Origin: Eledone cirrhosa
Taxonomy: Eukaryota
DNA: 64,000 nucleotides
Assembly (NCBI GenBank): GCA_964016885.1
Contig: OZ024749.1
Coordinates: 46,810,001-46,874,000 of the forward strand
Direction of reading: 5' to 3'
The stretch's first letter is position 1. Each line of letters opens with the position of its first letter. Positions 30,257-43,430 of the stretch are shown here, piece by piece. The position numbers and the translations under genes are program-made. The notes under the pieces are model-generated. The model was not told where the DNA came from, searched no databases, and was given only the letters and a program-made list of their open reading frames with translations.

Positions 30257-30625
30257 ATATTAAGTAAATGGAAACTATATTTATAACAGCATATGTATTG
30301 TATTGTATACATTTGAAGGGTACCACATCAGATAAAATAAGATAAGAAGTGTATTTTAAAAATGTTGTCATAACCAAGGTATATATATATACCTTAACGG
30401 TTCAGATTTTCCTTGGATAGTCGTATTTTATCTGATGTTTGCGTACCAACATTTCGGTACCCTTGAAATATATATAATAGAATAAATATGGTTTTATAAA
30501 TATGGTTTCCATGTATTTAATACCATTGTATATTATACTGCAGAAAACTTGTCGAGTGCTCTGAATCAGTTATAAACATTTATATACGTTGAATTACCAA
30601 ATAATTGAATATCCCTTCCGCTTAT
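30250..30625 (+). mobile_element. PLE family D 3' end with a degenerate HHR and a diverged inverted arm (30250-30338)
   Basis: tattttat-CTGATG...GAAATATATATA-atagaata. The tail GTCGAGTGCTCTGAATCAGTTATAAACATTTA is shared within the family. Confidence 0.7.
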
Positions 30626-30630
30626 ATATG

Positions 30631-30693
<63 letters not shown>

Positions 30694-30801
30694 CGTATAA
30701 ATATATCGTTGGGTAAGAAATATAAGTACAAAGAAAATGTATATATGAGAGTATGTGTGTACTTGTGTATGTATGTGTGCGCATATGTGGGTGACTATGT
30801 G

Positions 30802-30841
<40 letters not shown>

Positions 30842-30877
30842 TATATATATGTATATATATATATTGATATATATATA

Positions 30878-30982
<105 letters not shown>

Positions 30983-31247
30983 TGTAATGAAGAGTTTAAG
31001 TAAAGTTTACTTACACATCATGAGAGCATTTGATTGAACTATGCCTATATAAGATCAATATCAGTATTTCCATGTACATATTTGAAACTTCTTTAATATC
31101 ATATCATTGCTCTTAGCGTATTTTCTCAACGTTATACCTATATCTGTGTACCCCAGTGATAGTCTATTTGTTACATGTATTTGTCCTTGTATGTGTGTCT
31201 GCGTCTATGGGTATTTGGTAGCGTGCGTCTCTGAATATGTTGATATG

Positions 31248-31334
<87 letters not shown>

Positions 31335-31355
31335 ATATATATATATATATCTATA

Positions 31356-31387
<32 letters not shown>

Positions 31388-31426
31388 CAATCCTCGGATT
31401 TTAGTCTTCACATTTATTATTATCAA

Positions 31427-31540
<114 letters not shown>

Positions 31541-32557
31541 TATTATCTGCATGTATCTACAGCAAAGTACGTAGTACATTTATTTGTCTCTTTTAAACAT
31601 ATTAACCGGCGGTGTGTGATGCAAACTTTTCAGAACTCCTGTCATATTATATATTCTATAATATGTAATATAAACACAGTGAAAGATAGAGGCGATTAAA
31701 TAGACCAAACGAATATATATCATAGATAAGTGTAATTTTAGCTTCCGTATATTTGACGTCGTCAAGTTTACAATTTAACAAAATTGCTTTTGTTCTATAT
31801 GTACAGGAAATACACCAAATTTCTTCAAATATTTACTTTGTTGAAGTGTTATGTAATGTGAACTAAGGGAAATGTAAATTTCAAAGAATTTACAAGAACA
31901 ATCATTGTACACATTTCAAAATTATTGGTAAACAATTGAAATGATGTGTATATAATTTGCCCTCTACAAGTCACGTATTCAAATATATTCACTTCAAATA
32001 ATCGTTTTCCAATCATCACAACTTTGTAGTTTTCCGACTTGGATGTTCCATTCTTTATAATCACTGTCTTCTCCTGCTATGTTTCTTTTTAGATATCTTA
32101 TTGAATATAATCTCTTGCAGCATCACAATAGAAATTTTAGCCTTAACCATTTTAATAGTTCTATATTTCTAGACAATGCACTTGACCAGTACTATCGGGG
32201 AAGGTGAATGTCAATTATGGCGATCCAACTACCTGATTTATACTTCCGTTTATCAATGTCGGAAGGGGACATGCTAAATAGGAGCCAACATGATCTGAAA
32301 TCCTTGCGTGGACAATTTGTCCGAGGTTAGTAGTCAACACCATACAAATCAACGCTTAATTTTAATTACCATTAAAGTTAAGGATTTGGTTTTCAATGTG
32401 AATATGCGCATCTATTTTGCAAGACTAAATGATTGATTGATGGCATTTAATATATTGAAATATATAGTTTATCTATAGTTCTGAAAATAATGAGGCTGCA
32501 GTAATTGATACATATGTAATTACGATATATATATATATCGGGGAGATATGCCTACCT

Positions 32558-32611
<54 letters not shown>

Positions 32612-32977
32612 GAATGCAAATAACTATGTGTATACTCTGGTAATGTATCTTAAATTGCCCATCGAGTGCGCTGAGATACAACCGGTAGTGGCATTGATAA
32701 ATATGCTGGGTTCGTCAACCCTTATTATATATATGTATATATATATATATATAAACAATTAAGTTAAAAATGTACATCCACATATGTATACTGAAATACT
32801 AGTATGCATATGAATACACACACGTATACATATGTAGATGTACCAAGTCTTTCACTGGTCACTTTATTGTGAGTATCCAGCTATTCTGTATGTAAACACA
32901 CAGACAAACCGGTTTTTAGAGTCATACTGGTTTTTGAGGAAACACCTTTCCTCTATTCTCCAGAAAGCCAGACAAGG

Positions 32978-33022
32978 AATATTGAACCAGTTTCGTTGTT
33001 GTTACAACTCATCAGCAATATT
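32978..33022 (-). ncRNA. Minimal type I hammerhead ribozyme (R1 copy 1)
   Basis: - strand: aatattg-CTGATGA-gttg taacaa caac-GAAAC-tg-GTT-caatatt. Helix I is 7 bp and helix II is 4 bp. Confidence 0.8.
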
Positions 33023-33443
33023 TACCTATCTACCGGCCTTTCTGGAGAATCGTAAAAGCACATATCGTTATATGCTTTTTCTATGAACATTAGTAGTGGG
33101 CAGACTAATTTGCATAGAGTGTGAGTACGTACCGGTTCAACGGAGACGATATAAACAAATAACGAAACGAAAATAAATTTCGTTTCGTTTGTAACTCACT
33201 TTTGTATGACTGACGCTTAAACAATTAAGTTAAAAATGTACATCCTCATATGTATACTGAAATACTAGTATGCATATGAATACACACACGTATACATATG
33301 TAGATGTACCAAGTCTTTCACTGGTCACTTTATTGTGAGTATCCAGCTATTCTGTATGTAAACACACAGACAAACCGGTTTTTAGAGTCATACTGGTTTT
33401 TGAGGAAACACCTTTCCTCTATTCTCTAGAAAGCCAGACAAGG

Positions 33444-33488
33444 AATATTGAACTAGTTTCGTTGTTGTTACAACTCATCAGCAATATT
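33444..33488 (-). ncRNA. Minimal type I hammerhead ribozyme (R1 copy 2)
   Basis: Same as copy 1, with the palindromic helix III ACTAGT intact. Confidence 0.85.
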
Positions 33489-33883
33489 TACCTATCTACC
33501 GGCCTTTCTGGAGAATCGTAAAAGCACATATCGTTATATGCTTTTTCTATGAAAATTAGTAGTGGGCAGACTAATTTGCATAGAGTGTGAGTACGTACCG
33601 GTTCAACGGAGACGATAAAAACAAATAACGAAACGAAATTAAATTTCGTTTCGTTTGTAACTCACTTTTGTATGACTGACACTTAAACAATTAAGTTAAA
33701 AATGTACATCCACATATGTATACTGAAATTTAATTTCGTTTCGTTATTTGTTTTTATCGTCTCCGTTGAACCGGTACGTACTCACACTCTATGCAAATTA
33801 GTCTGCCCACTACTAATTTTCATAGAAAAAGCATATAACGATATGTGCTTTTACGATTCTCCAGAAAGGCCGGTAGATAGGTA

Positions 33884-33928
33884 AATATTGCTGATGAGTT
33901 GTAACAACAACGAAACTAGTTCAATATT
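33884..33928 (+). ncRNA. Minimal type I hammerhead ribozyme (R1 inverted copy)
   Basis: aatattg-CTGATGA(33891-97)-gttg taacaa caac-GAAAC(33912-16)-TA-GTT-caatatt. Confidence 0.85.
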
Positions 33929-34216
33929 CCTTGTCTGGCTTTCTGGAGAATAGAGGAAAGGTGTTTCCTCAAAAACCAGTATGACTCTAAAAACCGGTGT
34001 GTCTATGTGTTTACATACAGAATAGCTGGATACTCACAATAAAGTGACCAGTGAAAGACTTGGTACATCTACATATGTATACGTGTGTGTATTCATATGC
34101 ATACTAGTATTTCAGTATACATATGTGGATGTACATGTTTAACTTAATTGTTTAAGCGTCAGTCATACAAAAGTGAGTTACAAACGAAACGAAATTTAAT
34201 TTCGTTTCGTTATTTG

Positions 34217-34257
<41 letters not shown>

Positions 34258-34260
<3 letters not shown>

Positions 34261-34495
34261 TGGAAACAAATGAAACGAAATTTCATTTAACACTCTTAGT
34301 ACGGCTGTTACTTAAATATAAGTATGGATACGTACATACATATATGTATACAGACGTACAAACGTATGCATATATATACATACATGCACAGATATATAAA
34401 TGTACGTATGGATATACCGAACATTTATTATAATGCTCGGTTGGTTGTTAAACAAACATCCCGAATTAAGCCGTACGCTAAACGATGCGAGAATC
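34258..34495 (-). mobile_element. Partial copy of family R2, next to the R1 array
   Basis: Matches 60130-60350: TGAAACGAAA, GTACGGCTGTTACTTAAATATAAGTATG, ACCGAACATTTATTATAATG, AAACAAACATCCCG, TTAAGCCGTA. Confidence 0.8.
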
Positions 34496-36409
34496 AAATA
34501 TTAAGCAATGTTTATTTATAATTTGTAGCAGGAGATACACTATTGATGTTGTCCTGGTAAATTAAGCTGTTTCTTGTCCTATGCTCATAAATACTTTTGT
34601 TTTGTAATAACACGCAAGTCACCATTTGACCAAGTGTTCAAATATAAATTTCCCTGTAAATTTGCGGATGATGTTTGAAGAATTTAATAAATCGAAGAAT
34701 TATTCGATGATAGTTTTTTTATTTTTGTTAATGAAGATTCAATTCAGACGTGAGAAAGAATAGTAAATATAATGAGTTGTTGTATCTATGTAAGTAAGCA
34801 GTATCATATGAAGGCGACGTGTTGAGTGTTTTTTTATGGAGGGTCTTTCTTTACGCAATGAGAATCCATCTCTTGTATATTAAACTCCATAATTAAAAGC
34901 CTCATCAATTCCTTGGATTTAATATTTTTATATTTTATTTGCTATTTTCCTGCTATTGGCAATGATTTCACCATTGTGTTCTGTAGATACAATTTTATCC
35001 GAAATGTTAAGCTATTAGACACACTTTAGTTTCAGTCCTCTGTTCCACGTAAATGAATGGCACTTAGATTTCTTATTTTTAAACTCCTGTATTCGTTGAA
35101 GACAGAAACTATATCATTTTAAATATATTTTTATGTTATAGTCATAATTTATCTGTCTTGTATTTAGTGAAGTATTCTAAATTGAGCTACATATTTTCAG
35201 GTTTCTGCTGTCTCGTATGTTTAATTAACTTAGTAGACAGTGAAAAATGTTATAAATATAACTCAATGTTTGAAGACCTACAATATTGATATCTGTTATC
35301 TCATTCCTTTCAATTAACCCTGTTTTAAATATTACTCTAATACGCCTGTATTACCAATTCCTAAACGTTTGTTTCATTATGTGTCTGCAGATTTTATTTC
35401 TAAATGTGTCTTTTATTGTGTAGTTCGCTTTTCAACGCTTCCTATGGTAATATATCCACTATTTCAAAATGACTTTGCATGATTTCCTAATTCCAATTTG
35501 ATATGGACAATGCCTGACAGTCCATTTGTAAAGGGAACGAATATCCTTCGCTTTAGTTGGTTTTACATTCAAGCTGGATTACTGAATATGTGAAAGTGGC
35601 TAAAGTTAGGTTTGCTGTTGCTTCTTCAAAATATTATTCAAACACATATATTGTATTGAAGGAAAAACCAATAAGATACAATTATTTATTTAAATATCAA
35701 AAGGAATTTCAGTACTAAACCCTCCTTTCTGAAACAATATTCGGGTATCATTTTGTTGACTAATTCATATGTACAATGCTGTATATGTGTGACGAAATCC
35801 TTTATTGACTATGAGGAAGAGCTTTGTGTTTTTTTTCCAAACAAGGATCATCTTTTGAAATTACAGGAACATGGCCGGGTATGGTTAAGTAATTTTCACC
35901 GATTACCATTACTAGAAATTTGTCAATTAAAAAAGTGTTGACTTTCTTTGACCAAGTAGTGAGCTCTCTTTGATGCCTTCATTGCCTAATGAGATACTTC
36001 CTGAAATATTTCTTGTTATACACCATGTAGGTAGATTCTATAGTAACCAACTCTGTTTTCAGGAGAAATATTCTAGAAAACTGTTTCTACAATTGGTGTT
36101 GCTGTCGTTATATATCTGATTGTAGTGCACTTTGTAGTGTTTTTACGTTTGGATTTAAATTAGAATGTGTGTAATATAATGCGTACTTATGTTTTTCGCT
36201 CTCGCTCAACGATATGTCTAGAAATTTCGACACGCATGTTTCTCTAAATTGAATTCTGTGTTCTGATAATATACTTTTGGGCACCTTCGTTCATGTGATA
36301 GCGAATAAACTTACTGGGCGATTGCCAGCACATCTTCCGGGTATGGATAATTAATAAAATAAAAACGATTAGAAATGTAATTCTATATATATATATATAT
36401 ATATATATA

Positions 36410-37019
36410 CATTGAGTATATGTTGGTTGCTTACCGACGTCATAGTATGCAGATTGGAGCACTCGACGAAGTACGCAGGTTGGTTTCGTTACTCCGGAGT
36501 AATGTAAAATAAAGTAATTAAGTCAAATATTTAAGATTTGGCTTCGTTTATTAAAGATGTACTGCTATTTATATTTCGGTGACAGCCATCATTGGCTGTG
36601 ACCTCTTCAGGCAGTTCGAATTGGTGTTGTAGAGACAGGTACACATGTTGTTAAAGTGTTTTACTCCGTCAATACTCCGATATGTCCAGCTCCTGGTTGG
36701 GTTGTTATTTCTCTGAGGAACAGGAATCATATGAATTCTAACAAACGAATTCCGGCGTCATAGGTCACTCTCTCATCCCATTGGTCAGTTGTGAGAACAT
36801 TCCTCAGTCAAAATTCTATAGAAATCCTTTTCTGAGGCAATCTGTTGTGGTTGTTTTTTTTTAAGTACAGCTGACCCCTCCCCCCCCCCACCATCCCCTT
36901 GTATTTATTGGTGTTAGGGGGTCAGCTGGCAGGTCAGACTTAGTTCTACTGCTGGTGTCTTTAGAAGAATGAGTGTGTGTGGGTAGGCACCCACACACAC
37001 TCATTCTTCTCAACACATC

Positions 37020-37020
<1 letters not shown>
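36410..37020 (-). mobile_element. PLE-type 3' UTR/end with an intact HHR and a terminal fold-back (36963-37010), flanked by TA
   Basis: HHR at 36561-36615. The GTCGAGTGCTC motif is shared with family D. Hairpin AGAAGAATGAGTGTGTGTGGGT/ACCCACACACACTCATTCTTCT. Confidence 0.7.
36561..36615 (-). ncRNA. Minimal type I hammerhead
   Basis: actgc-CTGAAGA-ggtcacagcca atga tggctgtcacc-GAAAT-ataa-ATA-gcagt. Confidence 0.85.
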
Positions 37021-37087
<67 letters not shown>

Positions 37088-39350
37088 CGTATAAATGTAC
37101 AATGAGATCATATTTTATTTTGGTACACCAGTGTTAGATATTGTTATTGCGTTATGTTTATTAAAGTGAGATGATTAATTTATCTGCTTATTTTCATTTA
37201 TGTAGAAGTTTGCGTACGCCATATTCTACCATAATATATTACAAAGTTCTAATTTCTAAATGACTGAAGCAATTACTCATTGGAATTGTACGTGGTATAT
37301 TCTTCACAGTGCAGTAAATCAACATGTGCAACACTTATTAGACCAAAATATGTACCTAGATAAATACGTATGCCATTTGTATGGAATATATTAACATAAG
37401 TGCCTATTTAAATATTTTGCCAATAGCAGCTTTTTATATAACTGGTAAACAATACACACGTTATATTCATTTACAATATCTGATAGGTTTAACCTATAGT
37501 TTTAGGATTCAAAGAGCTTATAATTATGTTGGCTTCTATCGCTTTGTATAGAAAACGAAAACTAAAATAACAGTTGAGAAAGAAAATCAATAATTACACT
37601 TGGATGTATTGCACATCACACGTGACTGCCGAAGAACTTCAGCTCTTACGCACTAGTTTATTGACAGTAAAAATCATATGACGCCTAATTGTTACTGAAC
37701 GTATCAACAAAATAGAGAGTGCCAAATAACAAGATAGACACATCTCAGGGGGTCAAGAACTCAAAACGGTTTCAATTCATTGCTGACAGATGTCCCTTCG
37801 TTTAACCCAATACTTCCCCTGAGAAAAGCAATGACAATATGCATACAATTTTCCATATCTATATTTATTGTATGTGGTTGTTTAACCTACAAAGAATTGA
37901 TTTACCAGGAGCTAACATCTATGTTTCTATATTGTTCTTTGAAATAAGTCTACATTTACGTCCCGCTTCTCTGTGTTTGTTCAATATCCAATGAATAGAT
38001 ATGTTATTCTCATTTGACAGCATAACATCAGATGTAAGTTATCTGCTAGTTACTAATCTTTCGAAAAATTTGTTTATTATATACCTTGATCAAAATGCTG
38101 TATTAAGGAGAATCCCTTGCAGTCCACCTACAAACTATGATTCCAATCATAAACTAATGCTGCCTGTAATATATGATGATCTGTGTGAGAGTTTCGATCT
38201 GAACGTTCACATTTATTAATCCTTTATTGGTGATTGGTCTTATCCTTTCAAAGCAATGATTCGATCGGGATTGATAATGTATCAAATATAATTTGAGATT
38301 GATTTACGTGTAACACTACGAGTACCATATTTCATTCATATCAAACCTACTCAGTAAATATTGTTTTCCTCCTATGCAGTAATTAAGCAGTTACATTCAG
38401 GCTAATCGCTTATGTTAACATTATAGCATGGGTAGGATACATCAGTTTAATATTTCATACATTATATTAACATTTTGTTTACCTTTTCAATTATCCTATT
38501 TATATAAAGAAAACAAACAAACAAACAAAAACCCGCAACCATTTCCTTAGATCTGTTAAACATATCCTATTGTATATTGTATTACTTCTCATGTAAATGC
38601 TCGATAATGTTTGTATATATTTCCAGGAATTCTCTTGTCACTCTTATCAGGGAAATATACCTTAACACTCTTTAGCTGCCCGTAAAATGAGGAAGAATTA
38701 CGAAGCATTGAATCACCACATACAATGTTGGATTCCAGAGATGATATTATATTCTATGCAAGGCTATTCTTGCTTCAGCACCTGTTAAATGAAAAGGTAT
38801 TCTGAATAATGAAATCGCATACGAAACCCATCATCAGAGATTTCTTTCAATATATTTCCACCGTTTTAAATAAAGTTATTTCCATTAACAAAATGCTAAT
38901 TAAATGGTTTTAGATTACGTCTCTAAGCCTGGTAGACAAAGTCATAAATTCCTTTACAGGCTGCAACGCTGCACTAGAATTCAATGCAACACAACCTAAT
39001 GTAAGCAACATTAAACTATACCAATCGATACGGTATTACTTAATTAACCCTGTACACATATATAGTAACCTCATTGACGCCAAGTCTTGTCAGAGAATGT
39101 GTAATAGTGTGCGGAGTTAATTAAGATAATATCGTAAAATTAAGAAATCTGAATATTTATGTTTGAAGAATGTATATAGTTGACACAGAGGTCGTTTCTT
39201 TAGTCGGCAAGTAAACCCTTTAATCATGAAAAAATATTATAACAGTTCAATGAGGAAAATTATTCAAGCCTGTCTCGGAATCATGTCTTTATATGTGATA
39301 CATGATGTTGCTTTCGTAACTTTGATCCTAGATGTATATATTTGAGTGTT

Positions 39351-39382
<32 letters not shown>

Positions 39383-39448
39383 TTCACACATACACATACA
39401 CCCCCCACCACACACACATACATATGTATATATATATATATATGTATG

Positions 39449-39480
<32 letters not shown>

Positions 39481-40013
39481 TGTGTGTGTGTGTGTGTATT
39501 CCCATATAAGAATATTATATATTTTCCTGAATTATAATTATTAGAAAGTTTCTGAATTTTAAAGATATTCGGTGTAATGAATATATTTGCTTTCTTTTAT
39601 ATTCCTCTTTGTATATTTATGAATGATTAAGCCAGATTACAAATAAATAAAGATAATTCGCGGAAAATATGAATATAACATGAATATTTTAGAGGCTAGC
39701 TTGTTTGAAGTCATCTCAAATTTTAATATAATAGTATTTTACAGACAGTCGGAATGCCGTGTTTAACTTAGGTTAATCTATGTTGAAACACCAGATTGAC
39801 TAAAATATGGTAACATATACAGAATATAATGTAATTTGTCGAAAGTTCTCTCGCCGCTGAGATTATCCGAGAAAATTTTCGACAATTATTAACATAGTGG
39901 TGAATAAATCTAACCGCATTAAACAATTTATTTGCTTTTAAGCCAGCATTTTAAGGAACTGACGCAATTGAGACATATTAGTCTACCTCACAGAAATATT
40001 ATACATTCACATG

Positions 40014-40077
<64 letters not shown>

Positions 40078-40096
40078 TTTATATATATATATATAT

Positions 40097-40830
40097 AACG
40101 AAGGAAATGTGGTAGGGAACCAGGTGGACCATAACGCACCAAAGTACTCAATACTTAGGGTAGTAGAGTGGGTAATAGGAATAAGTAAGACCCCGACGGC
40201 TGAGCTCAAGCCGTTTCGACGGCTAATTCTGGACTGAATGAAAATTTATTCTGGTATTTAAATAGCCGAGCTTATCAAGGGGTAATTCCATATATGGTCA
40301 AAGAGATAATCACCAAGATTGGTCACATCACAAGTTAGTAGTAAATCTGCGATGGCAAATTGGTGGGGGAAGGGGTAGCTAAACCTGCAGGTAGGAGAAA
40401 AAAGGGAGAGGGGTTGGAGTAGACCCATTCATGCGTTGGTAGTGCCGGCGACAGCTGGGCGTGAGGTCAAAGAGGATACTGGGGAGGCGGAGGGGGAGGA
40501 AGTCGAAACGGTAAGTAGAACAATGAGGGGTAAAACTATAAAAGATACTGAGAGAGAAAAAAAAAGCAAAATCTGGTTACTAAGACTTAAGTCTCTCGCT
40601 ATTGCTAGGCTAAAGAATACATAAATAAATAAATAAACAAATAAGTGAATAAAAGAATAGATGAATAAATTAAAAAAAATATATATAATGAAGAATAAAA
40701 AAATAAATATACTGGATGAACTACTGTTTTCTTGAGGTGAAACGTTGACGCTATTCATCCTGATTTTTTTTTATCTTTGGTTAACTTTTCAAGAGTTAAT
40801 TGATCCTAATCTGAAATGCAGATACAAAAA
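40097..40830 (-). mobile_element. PLE family A: longest copy (3' UTR, HHR and 3' end) abutting (TA)n
   Basis: The 3' end ...ACCACATTTCCTTCGTTA is shared with five other loci. HHR at 40190-40283. A weak FRLGS..N remnant near 40770-40820 may be an EN terminus. The 5' boundary is approximate. Confidence 0.7.
40190..40283 (-). ncRNA. Type I hammerhead with U3-A8 covariant core
   Basis: acccc-TTGATAA-gctcggcta...tagccgtc-GAAAC-ggct tgagctc agcc-GTC-ggggt. Confidence 0.75.
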
Positions 40831-40957
40831 CATATACATACAAATAATTGTATATCTCTCACTTTATCTTACTACACCTGATCATTGTTCCTATATGGGC
40901 AAACACTCAGAAGACACATAAACACATACACATACATTATATATAAATATATTCTTT

Positions 40958-41090
<133 letters not shown>

Positions 41091-41329
41091 AGTAAGAATG
41101 TTTTCAAAACAGCGAGCGGCTTTGAAATTATTATAAATGTAATCTATCGACGTATTTTGACTGAATAAATTATTTAGCCTGATAGTGGAGTTTAGAACCC
41201 TCTGATAAATGGAAAAAGATGAGTATTGACGTACATCAATACTCATATTTACTCAAAATACATACATATATATATATATGTGTGTATGTGCGTGCGTGTA
41301 TGTATATATGTATATATATATATATATAT

Positions 41330-41863
41330 GAAAAGTGTAATTTTCTACACAAAACGAAGGTTATAGAGAAAATTGAGGTTGGTAATGGCACATGGAATAT
41401 ATAAGAGACAGAATACTTTTTTGTGAAAAAACATAATTTTATAAGGTAAGGAAATAATAAAGGGTATACAAAATGACCGGTTTCGATGGGACTGCAAAAG
41501 CCATCTTTTCAAATGTTGATTAATATTAAGAAAAATTAATAATACGAAGAGTTAAAATTTGAGATTTGAAAATTCAAGTATAAAATTCATTGTGGGATTT
41601 CATAGCAGTTTTCATCTAGGTAGCAACAACAGATTGACTGCTGTGTCCCTTTCTGGTAGTGAATGAGAAGTTATTTGGGGTGTGGGTTATTTTATAAAGG
41701 TCAGATTTAGCAATCGTCAACTGGCCAGCTGCTGGTCATTGAGGGGGTGGAAGCAATATACATACACATATCTTCCTGTGGTGGGTAGGAGAGTGGAGCG
41801 TGATAGAAAGGGATTTAGTGCACTTACACCTATATATACACACATACCTTCATCCACACATAC

Positions 41864-41896
<33 letters not shown>

Positions 41897-41981
41897 TATA
41901 TATATACATATACACACATACATACACACACACATACATATACATACACACATACACACACACACACACATATATACACAT

Positions 41982-42038
<57 letters not shown>

Positions 42039-42103
42039 TATATATACATACACATACATCCAGATACACACATACATACACACACACACACACATATATA
42101 TAT

Positions 42104-42164
<61 letters not shown>

Positions 42165-42278
42165 TTTGTTATACCCTTTATTATTTCCTTACCTTATAAA
42201 ATTATGTTTTTTCACAAAAAAGTATTCTGTCTCTTATATATTCCATGTGCCATTACCAACCTCAATTTTCTATCTCTC

Positions 42279-42346
<68 letters not shown>

Positions 42347-42399
42347 GAGAGAGAGAGACAATTGAGGTTGGTAATGGCACATGGAATATATAAGAGACA

Positions 42400-42403
<4 letters not shown>
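41330..42403 (-). mobile_element. PLE-type family G: 3' end at 41330-41830, with an inverted copy at 42163-42280 and another fragment at 42360-42403, separated by microsatellites
   Basis: ATTGAGGTTGGTAATGGCACATGGAATATATAAGAGACAGAATA occurs three times, once inverted. HHR at 41469-41518. Confidence 0.7.
41469..41518 (-). ncRNA. Minimal hammerhead with U3-A8 covariant core
   Basis: caacat-TTGAAAA-gatgg cttttgcagtc ccatc-GAAAC-CG-GTC-attttg. Confidence 0.7.
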
Positions 42404-42468
<65 letters not shown>

Positions 42469-42525
42469 TATACTATATATATATATATATATATTGATAA
42501 TATATATATATATATATATATATTG

Positions 42526-42570
<45 letters not shown>

Positions 42571-43210
42571 TAAAATTACCATTCCGATCGGGATCATCAT
42601 AGCTATACACAAATAAACACATTCAAAGTAACGGTCAGACACTGTCACATACTTTATTGCACAATAAAGAATAATTTGAATTATTACAATAATCTGTTAC
42701 AAAGGAAGCCAAGAAAGAAGTAAATTCTGATGTATTAATTGTATTCATCATATGCAAATGCCACTGGAATAAGATAACATGCATTATAACTGTAGTTTGA
42801 TCAAAAGAATAATATGCTTCCACGCTTACTGATATGTCTCTAAACATTTTATAATCAAATATACGTAAAGAATAGCATAACTGAATATCGAACGTATTAA
42901 AAACGAATTCAAAGGCGCATAGCTTAAGCTGACAAGCATACAATGGAATATGATATATTTCTCAACAAAATGTAAATCATTACACATATTTAATGTTAAT
43001 CCCAGGCTAGTTCGCATGTGAAGGCTGGCATACTTGCTCGCTTAACTTCCCTCTTTCTCGCTATATACATTTACAAATAAACGAATAAGTAAAAATGTGT
43101 GCATATGTATATACACACACAGGCACACATACAAACATACACACACACCCCCAACACACACATATATAAATATATACATGTACATACGTATATATATATA
43201 TATATATATA

Positions 43211-43412
43211 TAGGAACCAGTAAGACCCCGACGGCTGAGCTCAAGCCGTTTCGACGGCTAATTCGTCGTGGTCTTACTGCTCGTAGCTCTTACGGGGTCG
43301 TAGCTCAGGCGTCGGGGTCTTACTGGTTCCTATTACCCACTCTACTACCCCAAGTATTGAGTACTTTGGTGCGTTATGGTCCACCTGGTTCCTTACCACA
43401 TTTCCTTCGTTA
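43211..43412 (+). mobile_element. PLE family A short copy with an inverted 5' arm
   Basis: 43211-43264 is inverted and 43302-43412 is direct relative to the family 3' end. TA flanks. Confidence 0.8.
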
Positions 43413-43430
43413 TATATATATATATATATA

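Larger units (their letters stand above)
32752..34222. mobile_element. Retrozyme-like array, family R1: 466-bp non-coding HHR unit; two tandem copies plus a partial copy (HHR sense on -), then an inverted 466+~31 bp copy; flanked by (TA)n
   Basis: TAAACAATTAAG recurs at 32752, 33218 and 33684 (period 466). The reverse complement runs 33725-34222 (GAAATTTAATTTCG at 33725 and 34191). One HHR per unit, no credible ORF, TA runs on both sides. Confidence 0.85.

Noticed and set aside
32752-34222. Array as CRISPR, plain satellite or assembly artefact
   Set aside because: There is no repeat-spacer structure. Each unit has private substitutions and an HHR, and a homologous family exists elsewhere in the window.
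40845-40920. LYGQTLRR as a GIY-YIG remnant on +
   Set aside because: Too short and interrupted to support a call.
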